DNA of 64,000 nt from NCBI GenBank assembly GCA_035938395.1, contig DASZGY010000021.1, positions 1,262 to 65,261 on the forward strand, read 5' to 3'. Positions 1 through 9,251 of the stretch are shown piece by piece (the stretch's first letter is position 1; every line of letters starts with the position of its first letter). A program made the translations under genes and the position numbers. Under the pieces are notes generated by a model, which was not told the DNA's origin, made no database searches, and saw only the letters and a program-made list of their open reading frames with translations. Source of the stretch: Acidimicrobiia bacterium. GTDB lineage: Bacteria > Actinomycetota > Acidimicrobiia > IMCC26256 > JACDBD01.

Positions 1-2
1 TG

Positions 3-701
3 TTGTGGGGCTCGCACGCGGAACGGGTCGCCACGCCGTCGATCATCACGTGGGTCGTGCCCGACGGGCTCGACATCGTGGAGGCGGCGTGCGTGCCGGT
101 GGCGTGGGGCACCGCGGACGATTGCCTGTTCGAGTTCGGGCATCTGCAGTCGGGCGAGACGGTCCTGGTCCAGGCGGGCGCGAGCGGTGTCGGGCTCGCG
201 GCAATCCAGCTCGCCAAGCGGGCGGGTGCGACCGTGCTCGCGACCGCGTCGAGCGATGAGAAGCTCGAGCGCCTACGCGAGTACGGGCTCGACGACGGCA
301 TCAACTACCGCACGAGCGACTTCCCAGTGGTCGTCCGCGAGCTCACCGGCGGGCAAGGCGTCAACCTCGTGGTCGACTCGGTCGGCTCGACGCTCGCAGG
401 GAGTGTGCAGGCGCTCGCGTACCGCGGCCGGGTCACGCTCGTCGGCAACGCCGGACGCGATCCGCAGCCGTTCGACGCGTCGCTGTTGATGATGGGCAAT
501 CAGACCCTGACCGGCGTCTTCCTGGGTGCCGAGATCACCACCGATCGTGTGCGCGCCAACGTCGCCCGGCATCTCGAGGACATCGCCGCCGGTCACCTCC
601 GAGTCGTCGTTGACCGGACGTTCCCGCTGTCCGACGCCGCCGGCGCCCACGCCTACGCCGAGAGCCGTCAAGCATTCGGCCGCGTGGTGCTGATCCCCTG
701 A
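3..701 (+). CDS. NADPH:quinone oxidoreductase-like medium-chain dehydrogenase/reductase (5' end outside window)
   Basis: ORF open to the window edge. Nucleotide-binding motif VLVQAGASGVGLAAIQLAK and C-terminal FGRVVLIP are typical of the zeta-crystallin/quinone oxidoreductase MDR family. Confidence 0.8.
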   Translation: MWGSHAERVATPSIITWVVPDGLDIVEAACVPVAWGTADDCLFEFGHLQSGETVLVQAGASGVGLAAIQLAKRAGATVLATASSDEKLERLREYGLDDGINYRTSDFPVVVRELTGGQGVNLVVDSVGSTLAGSVQALAYRGRVTLVGNAGRDPQPFDASLLMMGNQTLTGVFLGAEITTDRVRANVARHLEDIAAGHLRVVVDRTFPLSDAAGAHAYAESRQAFGRVVLIP

Positions 702-726
702 CCCCGGGGCGGACGGGAAGGGCGGA

Positions 727-1596
727 TCAAGCAGGCACGGACGCGACGAGCTTCTCGCTCGCGTTCCACAGGCGACTTGCGGCATCGTCGTCCTGCGCGA
801 CGGTCGAGGGTGCGGTGGGCTTGCACTTGTAGAAGTACCCACCCGACACGCCGTCCACGTCGGGCGACGACGCCAGGTAGATCGTGGTGCGCGCGCCCTT
901 CTCGGGACTGATCGCGAACGGGCTCGCGAGGTACTTGATCCCCCAGCCGTAGATGCCACCGAGGTCACCACCTCGGCCGAACTCGCTGCGCACGAAGCCG
1001 GGGTGCAGCGCATTCACGGTGACGCCGCTCCCGTCGAGCCGGCGGGAGAGCTCCCGGGCGAAGTAGATATTGGCCAGCTTCGACTTGCTGTACGCGTTCA
1101 TCCACTTGTACTTGTGCTCGGACTGGAGGTCGTCGAAGTCGAGGCCGCGTCGGGCGCCCTTGTGTGCGTGCGACGACACCACCACGACTCGGGACGCTGC
1201 GCTGGCGCGCAGCCGCTCGAGCAACAGGTCCGTGAGCAGGAAGTGGCCGAGGTGGTTGACCCCGAAGGTCTCCTCGAAGCCCTCCTCGGTCTCGGCGCGG
1301 CGATACAGGATCAGCCCGGCGTTGTTCACGAGCACGTCGAGGTGGTCGAACCGGTCGAGCGCGTCGGCCGCGAACGAGCGGATCGACCTGAAGCTGGCGA
1401 GATCGAGCGACATGACTTCGACGGAGTCGCTCCCACTCCGTTGGGCGATCTCCTGCCGAGCCGACCGGCCGCGCTCCTCGTTGCGCGAGGTGATGACCAC
1501 CCGGGCGCCGAGACCTGCGAGCCCGACCGCGGCCTCCTTCCCGATCCCGGTGTTCCCGCCCGTGATCACGACGACTTTGCCGGCCATGTCTCCCAT
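727..1596 (-). CDS. Short-chain dehydrogenase/reductase (retinol-dehydrogenase-like SDR)
   Basis: VVVITGGNTGIGKEAA (TGxxxGxG), NNAG, and YSKSKLAN (YxxxK) motifs. Confidence 0.85.
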   Translation of the reverse strand: MGDMAGKVVVITGGNTGIGKEAAVGLAGLGARVVITSRNEERGRSARQEIAQRSGSDSVEVMSLDLASFRSIRSFAADALDRFDHLDVLVNNAGLILYRRAETEEGFEETFGVNHLGHFLLTDLLLERLRASAASRVVVVSSHAHKGARRGLDFDDLQSEHKYKWMNAYSKSKLANIYFARELSRRLDGSGVTVNALHPGFVRSEFGRGGDLGGIYGWGIKYLASPFAISPEKGARTTIYLASSPDVDGVSGGYFYKCKPTAPSTVAQDDDAASRLWNASEKLVASVPA

Positions 1597-1700
1597 CGGA
1601 CGACACGGTAATCGCAGGCGAGCATCCGCTACGGGGGTCGCCGGCGAATCAACGTGGGATCATCGGATGCGAGCAGTCTCCGGGGAGGAGCGGTGGAGTC

Positions 1701-3530
1701 ATGAACAACGGCGGGTACCTCCCGATCGGGGACCACGGGGTCATCGGTGACCTGCACACCGTGGCCCTGGTCGGCACGGACGGGGCAATCGACTTCATGT
1801 CGTACCCGAACTTCGGCTCGGCGACGATCTTCGCCTCCCTGCTCGACGCCGAGAGGGGCGGCCGCTTCCAGCTGCGGCCGTGCAACGTCACCGGCACCAC
1901 GAAGCAGATGTACCTCCCCGACACGAACGTGCTCATCACCCGCACCCTCGATCGCGACGGCGTGGCCGAGGTGTCCGACTTCATGCCGGTCGGGACGGAC
2001 GAGCACGAGCACTGCCACTCGCTCGTCCGTCGAGCCAAGGGTGTCCGAGGCGAGTCGGCGTTCGACGTCATCTTCGACCCCCGCTTCGACTACGGCCGCA
2101 CCGGGCACAAGGTCGACGTGCGCGAGGGTGAGATCCTCTTCCATTCCGAAGGCCCGGATGGCACGACGGTACGGCTGCGGTCGCAGGTACCGATGGAGGT
2201 GAAGGACGGAGCGGCGGTCGGGAAGTTCTCGCTCCATGCCGGCGAAACCGCCGCCTTCGTGATGGAACAGGCCGAGCCGGGACGCGCCAGCCCGTCGCAA
2301 TCTCCGCACTACGTGGCTGATGTGTTCAAAGACACTGTGAACTACTGGCGCACGTGGGTCGGCCGCTCGCAATACCACGGTCGCTGGCGCGAGACCGTGA
2401 ACCGTTCGGCGCTGGTGCTCAAGCTGCTCGTCTCGGACGCGTACGGGTCCCTCGTCGCCGCCCCGACGTTCGGCCTCCCCGAGGAGCTCGGCGGCGAACG
2501 CAACTGGGACTACCGCTACACCTGGATCCGTGACGCGTCGTTCACTCTCTACGCGCTCATCAGGCTCGGCTACACCGCCGAGGCGGGCGCGTTCATGAAG
2601 TGGATCGAGGATCGCTGCAACGATCTCGAGCCGGACGGGGCGCTGCAGATCATGTACGGCATCGACGGGCACAAGGACCTCACCGAGGAGGTCATTCCGA
2701 ACCTCGAGGGGTATGCCGGCTCGTCGCCGGTCCGCATCGGCAACGACGCCTACAACCAGCTCCAGCTCGACATCTACGGCGAGCTCATGGACTCGGTCTA
2801 CCTGTACAACAAGTACGGCGCGCCGATCTCGCACGACCTGTGGCTCAACCTCGTCCGGCTCGTGGACTGGGTGACCGACCACTGGCAGCTTCCCGACGAG
2901 GGCGTGTGGGAGGTGCGCGGCGGGCGCCAGGAGTTCCTGTACTCGCGGCTGATGTGCTGGGTGGCCGTCGACCGGGCGATCCGCCTCGCCGACCGACGCT
3001 CGTTCCCGTATCCCTACGAACGGTGGCGAGAGACCCGCGACGAGATCTACGAGGACATCTACACGAACTTCTGGGATCCGGAACAGCAGGCATTCGTCCA
3101 GCACAAGGGGACGAAGACGCTCGACGCGTCGACGCTGCTGATGCCGCTGATGAAGTTCATCAGCTCGACCGACCCCCGCTGGCTCTCGACGCTCCAGGCG
3201 ATCAAGGAAACCCTGGTCGAGGACTCGCTCGTGTTCCGGTACCGCATGGGCGACGGCGCCGCCGACGGCCTCATGGGCGAAGAGGGCACGTTCAACATGT
3301 GCTCGTTCTGGTACGCGGAGGTGGTGGCCCGGTCGGGCGACGTGCAGAAGGCGCGGCTCGTGTTCGAGAAGATGCTCGGCTACGCGAACCACGTCGGGCT
3401 CTACGCCGAGGAGCTCGGTCCCCACGGCGAGCAGCTGGGCAACTTCCCCCAAGCGTTCACACACCTCGGGTTGATCAGTGCCGCCTACGCCATCGACCGC
3501 AAGCTCTCCGACTCCGGCTGGATCGCGTAG
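1701..3530 (+). CDS. Glycoside hydrolase family 15 (glucoamylase/trehalase-type)
   Basis: N-terminal LPIGDHGVIGDLHTVALVGTDGAIDF and catalytic-domain NWDYRYTWIRDASFT are characteristic of bacterial GH15 enzymes. 609 aa. Confidence 0.85.
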   Translation: MNNGGYLPIGDHGVIGDLHTVALVGTDGAIDFMSYPNFGSATIFASLLDAERGGRFQLRPCNVTGTTKQMYLPDTNVLITRTLDRDGVAEVSDFMPVGTDEHEHCHSLVRRAKGVRGESAFDVIFDPRFDYGRTGHKVDVREGEILFHSEGPDGTTVRLRSQVPMEVKDGAAVGKFSLHAGETAAFVMEQAEPGRASPSQSPHYVADVFKDTVNYWRTWVGRSQYHGRWRETVNRSALVLKLLVSDAYGSLVAAPTFGLPEELGGERNWDYRYTWIRDASFTLYALIRLGYTAEAGAFMKWIEDRCNDLEPDGALQIMYGIDGHKDLTEEVIPNLEGYAGSSPVRIGNDAYNQLQLDIYGELMDSVYLYNKYGAPISHDLWLNLVRLVDWVTDHWQLPDEGVWEVRGGRQEFLYSRLMCWVAVDRAIRLADRRSFPYPYERWRETRDEIYEDIYTNFWDPEQQAFVQHKGTKTLDASTLLMPLMKFISSTDPRWLSTLQAIKETLVEDSLVFRYRMGDGAADGLMGEEGTFNMCSFWYAEVVARSGDVQKARLVFEKMLGYANHVGLYAEELGPHGEQLGNFPQAFTHLGLISAAYAIDRKLSDSGWIA

Positions 3531-4400
3531 CTACAGCTCGGTGTCCCACGGCCGCGTCTCGATGATGTCGCGCACCCGCGCGAGGAACGCCGACGCGTAG
3601 GCACCGTCGACGGCGCGGTGGTCGAAGCTCAGGCCGAGCATCCCGATGGCGTGCACGACGATTGCCTCGCCGCCGCCGTCGAGCTCGACGACGACGGGAC
3701 GGCGCTTGACCCCGTCGGTCGACATGATCGCCACTTGCGGCTGGTGGATGATCGGCGCCGAGATCGCCGTGCCCGACGGGCCCGGGTTCGTGATCGTGAA
3801 CGTCCCGCCGGTGACGTCGTCGGGGGAGAGCCGCTTCGCCCGGGCACGCGCGGCGAGGTCGACGATCTCCTTGGCCAGCGCCACTAGGCGCTTGTCCTGC
3901 GCGGCGCGCACGACGGGCACGATCAGACCCTGGTGATCGAGGTCGACGGCGATGCCGAGGTGCACGTCGTTGTGCACCACGAGCTCGCCGTCACCGACCG
4001 ACGCGTTCAGGTGCGGGTACGCGGCGACGGCGTCGACGACGGCTCGGGCCACGAACGGGAGGTAGCTGAGCTTCTTGGCCCGCCGGGCTTGGTCCACCGG
4101 CTCGAAGTCGACCTCCATGGCGATGAACGCGTGCGGCGCGACCTGCAGCGAGCGGAGCAGGTTGGCGCCGGTCTGCAGCTGGATCCGGTTGAGGGCAACC
4201 GTCTCGTCGGTGTCGTCGGGCTTCGTGCCGGCAGCGCGGGTGAGAACGTCGTCGCGGGTGACGCGTCCTGCCGTCCCCGTCCCGGTGATCGTGTCGGGCT
4301 CGAGATGGTGCTCGGTGACCAGTCGCCGCACCACCGGAGACCTGAACCCCGGCCGCGTTCGGCGTGGTCGACGAAGGCGGGCCGGATGGACGATGGCCAC
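3531..4400 (-). CDS. 2-oxoacid dehydrogenase E2 acyltransferase: peripheral-subunit-binding domain plus catalytic domain only, no lipoyl domain
   Basis: PSBD-like SPVVRRLVTEHHLEPDTITGTGTAGRVTRDDV, then the catalytic domain with SFDHRAVDGAYASAFL (DHRxxDG). Only 289 aa, and no lipoyl-lysine domain in frame upstream. Confidence 0.75.
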   Translation of the reverse strand: MAIVHPARLRRPRRTRPGFRSPVVRRLVTEHHLEPDTITGTGTAGRVTRDDVLTRAAGTKPDDTDETVALNRIQLQTGANLLRSLQVAPHAFIAMEVDFEPVDQARRAKKLSYLPFVARAVVDAVAAYPHLNASVGDGELVVHNDVHLGIAVDLDHQGLIVPVVRAAQDKRLVALAKEIVDLAARARAKRLSPDDVTGGTFTITNPGPSGTAISAPIIHQPQVAIMSTDGVKRRPVVVELDGGGEAIVVHAIGMLGLSFDHRAVDGAYASAFLARVRDIIETRPWDTEL

Positions 4401-4464
4401 GATTCACACGGTAGTCACGCGGGTTCCACCAAGAGCGTTTCTTCCGGTCGTATGGTGAACCCTG

Positions 4465-6594
4465 GTGAAGCTGTTCGATCGGCTTACGCACCATCCCGCT
4501 GATTCGTCCAATGGGGTCAGACGGAATGGGCACGGTGACGTGCCGCTCGACGAAGCGCTCGCCGACCATCGCCTCGCCTGCATCTCGCGCGCGATCGACG
4601 ACCGTGAGATCGCGCTCCGCCAGCAGAGTCAGGTGTTCTTCCAGATCTCGGGCGCCGGGCACGAGGCGCTGCTGCTCGGCCTGAACCGGTCCCTGCGCGC
4701 GGGTTACGACTGGTTCTTCCCGTATTACCGGGACCGCGCCCTCGTCCTCGGACTCGGCGTCACGCCACTCGAGATCCTCCTCCAGGCGGTCGGCAGCGCG
4801 GACGACCCCGCGTCAGGCGGCCGCCAGATGCCGTGCCACTGGGGCGACGCGGCGCGTCACATCGTGAGCCAGTCGAGCCCGACGGGGAGCCAGTGCCTTC
4901 CGGCCGTCGGTTGCGCCGAGGCGGGCCGCTACATCGTGGGGCGCGACCTTCCCGGCTGCAGCGCGTACGGCGACGAGGTCACGTACGTGTCGCTCGGCGA
5001 AGGCGCGTGCTCCGAGGGCGAGTTCTGGGAGAGCCTGAACACCGCGTGCCGGCTCGGGCTGCCCGTCCTCTACGTGGTCGCGGACAACGGGTACGCCATC
5101 TCGGTGCGGGCGAGCGATCAGGCCCCCGCGCCGGTGTCGGAGATGGTGATGGGCATCCGGGGCCTGCACGTGACCGTCCTCGACGGGCGCGACTACTTCG
5201 AGGTGCGAACGCGGGGCGCCGAGGCGATCCAGCGCGTGCGCGCCGGACAGGGGCCGGGGCTCATCCACGCCACCGTGACGCGCCCGTACTCGCACTCGCT
5301 CTCCGACGACCAGAAGAAGTACCGCGTCGCCGAGGAGCTGGAGGACGAAGCCGAGCACGATCCGATCCTGCTCCTCGAACGTCAGCTCGTCCGGCTCGGC
5401 GTGTTGACGCCCGAGCGCGCGCAGGAGGTGCGGGCGGAAGCGAACGAGCTCGTGGCCGCGGCGGCGAAGGACGCCCTGGCTGCGACGCGCCCCGACCCGA
5501 AGAGCATCTCGGACCACCTCGTCGGACCGCGACCTGTCAGCGAGCTGCCGCCCGACCCGCCCGCTGCGGCCGGTGACCCGGTCGCGTTCGGCGAGGCGAT
5601 CCGGCTCACGCTCCACGAGGAGATGGCGCGCGACCCGCGTATCCGCGTGTTCGGCGAGGACGTCGCCGACGCCGACCCACGCGTGCTGGGGAAGGTGCCG
5701 GGCAAGGGCGGCGTGTTCGGCGTCACCTTCGGACTGCAGACCGAGTTCGGCATCGCGCGCTGCTACAACACGCCGCTCGCCGAGGCGAACATCGTCGGGC
5801 GCGCGATCGGGCAGGGCACACGGGGGCTGCGGCCCAGTCCCGAGGTGCAGTTCTTCGATTACATCTGGCCCGCGATGCAGCAGATCAAGTCCGAGGCGGC
5901 GACGTTGCGCTGGCGCTCGAACGGCGACTTCAGCTGCCCGATGGTCCTGCGCGTCCCGATCGGCGGATATCTCACGGGCGGCTCGATCTGGCACTCGCAA
6001 TGCGGCGAGTCGATCTTCGCCCACGTTCCCGGCTTGTTCGTCGCCTTCCCGTCGCGCGCCCGCGACGCCGCCGGCCTGCTTCGGACCGCGTTCCGGTACG
6101 AGGACCCGGTGCTGTTCCTCGAGCACAAGCACCTCTACCGGCAGGGCTACAACCGCGATCCGTTGCCCCCTTCCGACTGGCTGTTGCCGTTCGGCAAGGG
6201 CGCGTACGTGACGCGCGGCGAACGCGTCACGGTGGTGACGTACGGCGCCACCGTGCACCGCGCCGAGCTCGCCGCCCGCGAGATCGACCCCGAGGGCGGT
6301 GCCATCGAGATCGTGGACCTGCGGACGCTCGTGCCGTGGGACCAGGACATCGTCGCCGAGTCGGTGGCGAAGACCGGCCGGGTGCTCGTCCTCTACGAAG
6401 ACACGCTGCGCTGTGGGTTCGGCGCCGAGATCGCGGCGTGGATCGCCGACGAGTGCTTCGAGGATCTCGACGCTCCCGTCTGGCGTCTCGCCGCGCTCGA
6501 CACGCCCGTCCCGTACGAGCCGACGCTCGAGCAGGTGGTCCTCCCGCAGGTGGACGACATCGTCCGCGACCTCAGCGCCCTGCTGGCGTACTGA
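4465..6594 (+). CDS. Fused E1 alpha/beta subunit of a TPP-dependent 2-oxoacid (branched-chain/acetoin-type) dehydrogenase
   Basis: 709 aa. The N-terminal half resembles E1-alpha (GEGACSEGEFWESLN TPP region). The C-terminal half resembles E1-beta (VFGEDV...GGVFGVT, CYNTPLAEANIVG). GTG start at 4465. Confidence 0.85.
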   Translation: MKLFDRLTHHPADSSNGVRRNGHGDVPLDEALADHRLACISRAIDDREIALRQQSQVFFQISGAGHEALLLGLNRSLRAGYDWFFPYYRDRALVLGLGVTPLEILLQAVGSADDPASGGRQMPCHWGDAARHIVSQSSPTGSQCLPAVGCAEAGRYIVGRDLPGCSAYGDEVTYVSLGEGACSEGEFWESLNTACRLGLPVLYVVADNGYAISVRASDQAPAPVSEMVMGIRGLHVTVLDGRDYFEVRTRGAEAIQRVRAGQGPGLIHATVTRPYSHSLSDDQKKYRVAEELEDEAEHDPILLLERQLVRLGVLTPERAQEVRAEANELVAAAAKDALAATRPDPKSISDHLVGPRPVSELPPDPPAAAGDPVAFGEAIRLTLHEEMARDPRIRVFGEDVADADPRVLGKVPGKGGVFGVTFGLQTEFGIARCYNTPLAEANIVGRAIGQGTRGLRPSPEVQFFDYIWPAMQQIKSEAATLRWRSNGDFSCPMVLRVPIGGYLTGGSIWHSQCGESIFAHVPGLFVAFPSRARDAAGLLRTAFRYEDPVLFLEHKHLYRQGYNRDPLPPSDWLLPFGKGAYVTRGERVTVVTYGATVHRAELAAREIDPEGGAIEIVDLRTLVPWDQDIVAESVAKTGRVLVLYEDTLRCGFGAEIAAWIADECFEDLDAPVWRLAALDTPVPYEPTLEQVVLPQVDDIVRDLSALLAY

Positions 6595-6657
6595 TCCGGC
6601 GCCGCGCGCTCCACATCCCCGCGGTACCCTCCGCGGACCTGACCCGGGGGGTCGTCG

Positions 6658-8100
6658 ATGGACCGCATGAGCCCGCTGGACGCATCGTTCCTGCACGTCG
6701 AGAACGACGCGAACCACATGCACATCGGTTCGGTCGGGATCTTCGAGGGCCCGGCCCCGAACTACGGCGACTTCGCCGACCTCGTCGCCGGCAAGCTCCC
6801 GCTCGTGCCGCGCTACCGCCAGAAGGTGCGCTTCGTCCCGTTCGATCTGGGCCGCCCGGTGTGGGTCGACGACTCGCACTTCAACCTCGGGTACCACCTC
6901 CGGCACACCGCGCTGCCGCCGCCGGGCGGCGACCAGGAGCTGCGAAACCTCGTCGGCCGGCTCATGGCCCAGCAGCTCGACCGCACCAAGCCGCTGTGGG
7001 AGATGTGGATGGTCGAGGGCCTCCAGGACGGTCACTGGGCTCTCGTGTCGAAGGTGCATCACTGCATGGTCGACGGCGTGTCGGGCTCCGACCTGCTCGC
7101 GGTCATGCTCGATCCCGAGCGCGAGCCGCCGCCGGCCAACGTCGACACCTGGCGCCCCGAGCCCGAGCCGTCCGACGTCCGACTCGTGAGCGAGGCCATC
7201 GGCGACCTCGTCGCCAGCCCGTACGAGCAGTTCCGCGCCATGCGCGCCGCGGCGCGCGGATGGGGCCAGCTCGCCGAGCTCTTCGTCGACGCCGCCCGCG
7301 GCGTGGCGTCCATGGCCGGCCTCGTGCGACCGACCGTCGAGTCGTCGCTCAACGGCCCGATCGGTCCGCATCGACGTTGGGACTGGGCGCACACCACGCT
7401 CGCGGACGTGAAGCGCGTCCGCTCCGCGCTGGGCGGCACTGTCAACGACGTCGTGCTCACGGTGCTCACCCGCGGGTTCCGTGACCTGATCGCGGCGCGC
7501 GACGAGTCACCGGCAGGACGCGTCGTGCGCACGCTCGTGCCCGTCTCGGTGCGACTCGCCGACGAGCGCGGCGTCTACAACAACCGGGTCTCGGCGATGT
7601 TCGCCGAGCTGCCGGTCGGGATCACCGACCCCGCCGAACGCCTCGAAGCGATCCGGGCACAGATGGCCGGGCTCAAGGAGTCCAAGCAGGCCGTCGCGGG
7701 CGAAGTGCTGACGTCGCTGTCGGGGTTCGCCCCCGCGCTGCTGCTCGCGGTCGGGACGCGAGTCGCGTTCCGCATCCCGCAGCGCAACATCAACACCGTG
7801 ACCACGAACGTCCCCGGGCCGCAGCTCCCGCTCTACGCGTGCGGCCGGCAGATGCTCGAGGCGTTCCCGTTCGTGCCGATCGCCGGGCACCTGCGCATCG
7901 GCGTGGCGATCTTCTCCTACAACGGCATGCTGAACTTCGGCGTCACCGGCGACTACGACACCGCTCCCGACATCGGCGTCCTGTGCCGCGGTGTCGAGGA
8001 CGGAATGTCTGAATTGTTGAAATTGGCAGGCGACACGCGGCCGGATGATGTCCGGCAATCCGCCGGAGTTCCGACAGCGAAAGAATCTGCGAAAGACTGA
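6658..8100 (+). CDS. Wax ester synthase/diacylglycerol acyltransferase (WS/DGAT)
   Basis: N-terminal MSPLDASFLHVE and the active-site HHCMVDGVSG (HHxxxDG). 480 aa. Confidence 0.9.
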   Translation: MDRMSPLDASFLHVENDANHMHIGSVGIFEGPAPNYGDFADLVAGKLPLVPRYRQKVRFVPFDLGRPVWVDDSHFNLGYHLRHTALPPPGGDQELRNLVGRLMAQQLDRTKPLWEMWMVEGLQDGHWALVSKVHHCMVDGVSGSDLLAVMLDPEREPPPANVDTWRPEPEPSDVRLVSEAIGDLVASPYEQFRAMRAAARGWGQLAELFVDAARGVASMAGLVRPTVESSLNGPIGPHRRWDWAHTTLADVKRVRSALGGTVNDVVLTVLTRGFRDLIAARDESPAGRVVRTLVPVSVRLADERGVYNNRVSAMFAELPVGITDPAERLEAIRAQMAGLKESKQAVAGEVLTSLSGFAPALLLAVGTRVAFRIPQRNINTVTTNVPGPQLPLYACGRQMLEAFPFVPIAGHLRIGVAIFSYNGMLNFGVTGDYDTAPDIGVLCRGVEDGMSELLKLAGDTRPDDVRQSAGVPTAKESAKD

Positions 8101-8138
8101 AGTCGACGACGTAGCACGGGGAAGAAGGAAGGCGCGCC

Positions 8139-9236
8139 ATGGCGGTCGAGGAGCAGGAGATCCGTTCGGGAACGGTGGAGGAGCTCGCCGAGACCGTCTC
8201 CGACGCAGAGAAGCGTGAGGCCGTCCACAACGTGCGCTCGGCCGGCGACGCGCTGTTCACGTGGGACTACGAGCGCAGCCGCGACGCCTTGAGCAAGCTC
8301 TACGAGAAGGCGAAGACGTCGATGTGGAACGTCTCCACCGACATCGACTGGGACATCGACGTCGACCCGTGGAAGATCGCCCGCGACCCGAACAACCCGC
8401 TGAACACGACGATGGCGCTCGAGCGCGCCGGCACGCCGTTCGAGAAGCTGTCTGAAGACGAGTGGTTCGATCTCGGCGCTGCGCAACAGGCATGGGTGCT
8501 CTCGCAGTTCATGCACGGCGAGCAGGGCGCGCTCATCTGCACCGCCAAGATCGTCGAGCAGGTGCCGTGGATCGACGCCAAGTACTACGCCGCGACGCAG
8601 GTCATGGACGAGGCGCGTCACGTGGAGGTCTATTCGAAGTACCTCAGCGAGAAGCTGGCGCACGAGTTCCCGATCAACGTGCACCTGCGGGCGTTGCTCG
8701 ACGACGTCGTCTCCGACTCGCGCTGGGACATGACCTACCTCGGCATGCAGATCATGGTCGAGGGCCTGGCGCTGGCTGCCTTCGGGTTCCAGTACCAGAC
8801 GTCGCCCGATCCGCTGCTGAAACAGATCACCCGGTACGTCATGGCCGACGAGGCGAGGCACGTCGCGTTCGGCGTGATGTCGCTCAAAGAGGCGTACCAG
8901 GACCTCGACGCCGCCGACATCCGCGAGCGCCAGGAGTTCTGTTACGAGGCCGCGGTCAAGATGCGCGACCGCTTCCTCGGACAGGAGGTCTGGGAGTGGG
9001 CCGGCCTACCGGTCAAGGAGTGCACGCGTGTGATGCTCGACGCGCCGATGCAGCGCGAGTTCCGCAAGATGCTCTTCTCGAAGATCGTGCCCAACCTCAA
9101 GAAGCTCGGCCTCCTCGACGCCGGCGACGGCTGGCTGCGGCAGAAGTTCGGCGAGCTCGGCGTCCTCGAGTACGAGGACTGGGAGGACACCGGCGCCGAG
9201 TACGAGCGCATGCAACTGGAGCAGACGGCGAGCTGA
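8139..9236 (+). CDS. Ferritin-like di-iron carboxylate protein (oxygenase/desaturase-like, function unknown)
   Basis: Two E...DEARH motifs (HGEQGA...MDEARHVE and VEGLA...ADEARHVAFG) match the ExnDExRH x2 di-iron signature. Confidence 0.7.
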   Translation: MAVEEQEIRSGTVEELAETVSDAEKREAVHNVRSAGDALFTWDYERSRDALSKLYEKAKTSMWNVSTDIDWDIDVDPWKIARDPNNPLNTTMALERAGTPFEKLSEDEWFDLGAAQQAWVLSQFMHGEQGALICTAKIVEQVPWIDAKYYAATQVMDEARHVEVYSKYLSEKLAHEFPINVHLRALLDDVVSDSRWDMTYLGMQIMVEGLALAAFGFQYQTSPDPLLKQITRYVMADEARHVAFGVMSLKEAYQDLDAADIRERQEFCYEAAVKMRDRFLGQEVWEWAGLPVKECTRVMLDAPMQREFRKMLFSKIVPNLKKLGLLDAGDGWLRQKFGELGVLEYEDWEDTGAEYERMQLEQTAS

Positions 9237-9251
9237 CGCTTCTCGGAAGGC

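Noticed and set aside
4813-7392. 859-aa minus-strand ORF, the longest of many large ORFs in the track (also 1629..3464, 16408..17970, 34513..35904, 35849..37507, 44997..47033, 53809..55263, 58484..60085, 61994..63964).
   Set aside because: These lie antisense to ORFs with clear catalytic motifs. Their translations are Arg/Gly/Ala/Pro/Asp-rich low-complexity sequence with no motifs. This is typical of stop-codon-poor shadow frames in 70% GC DNA.
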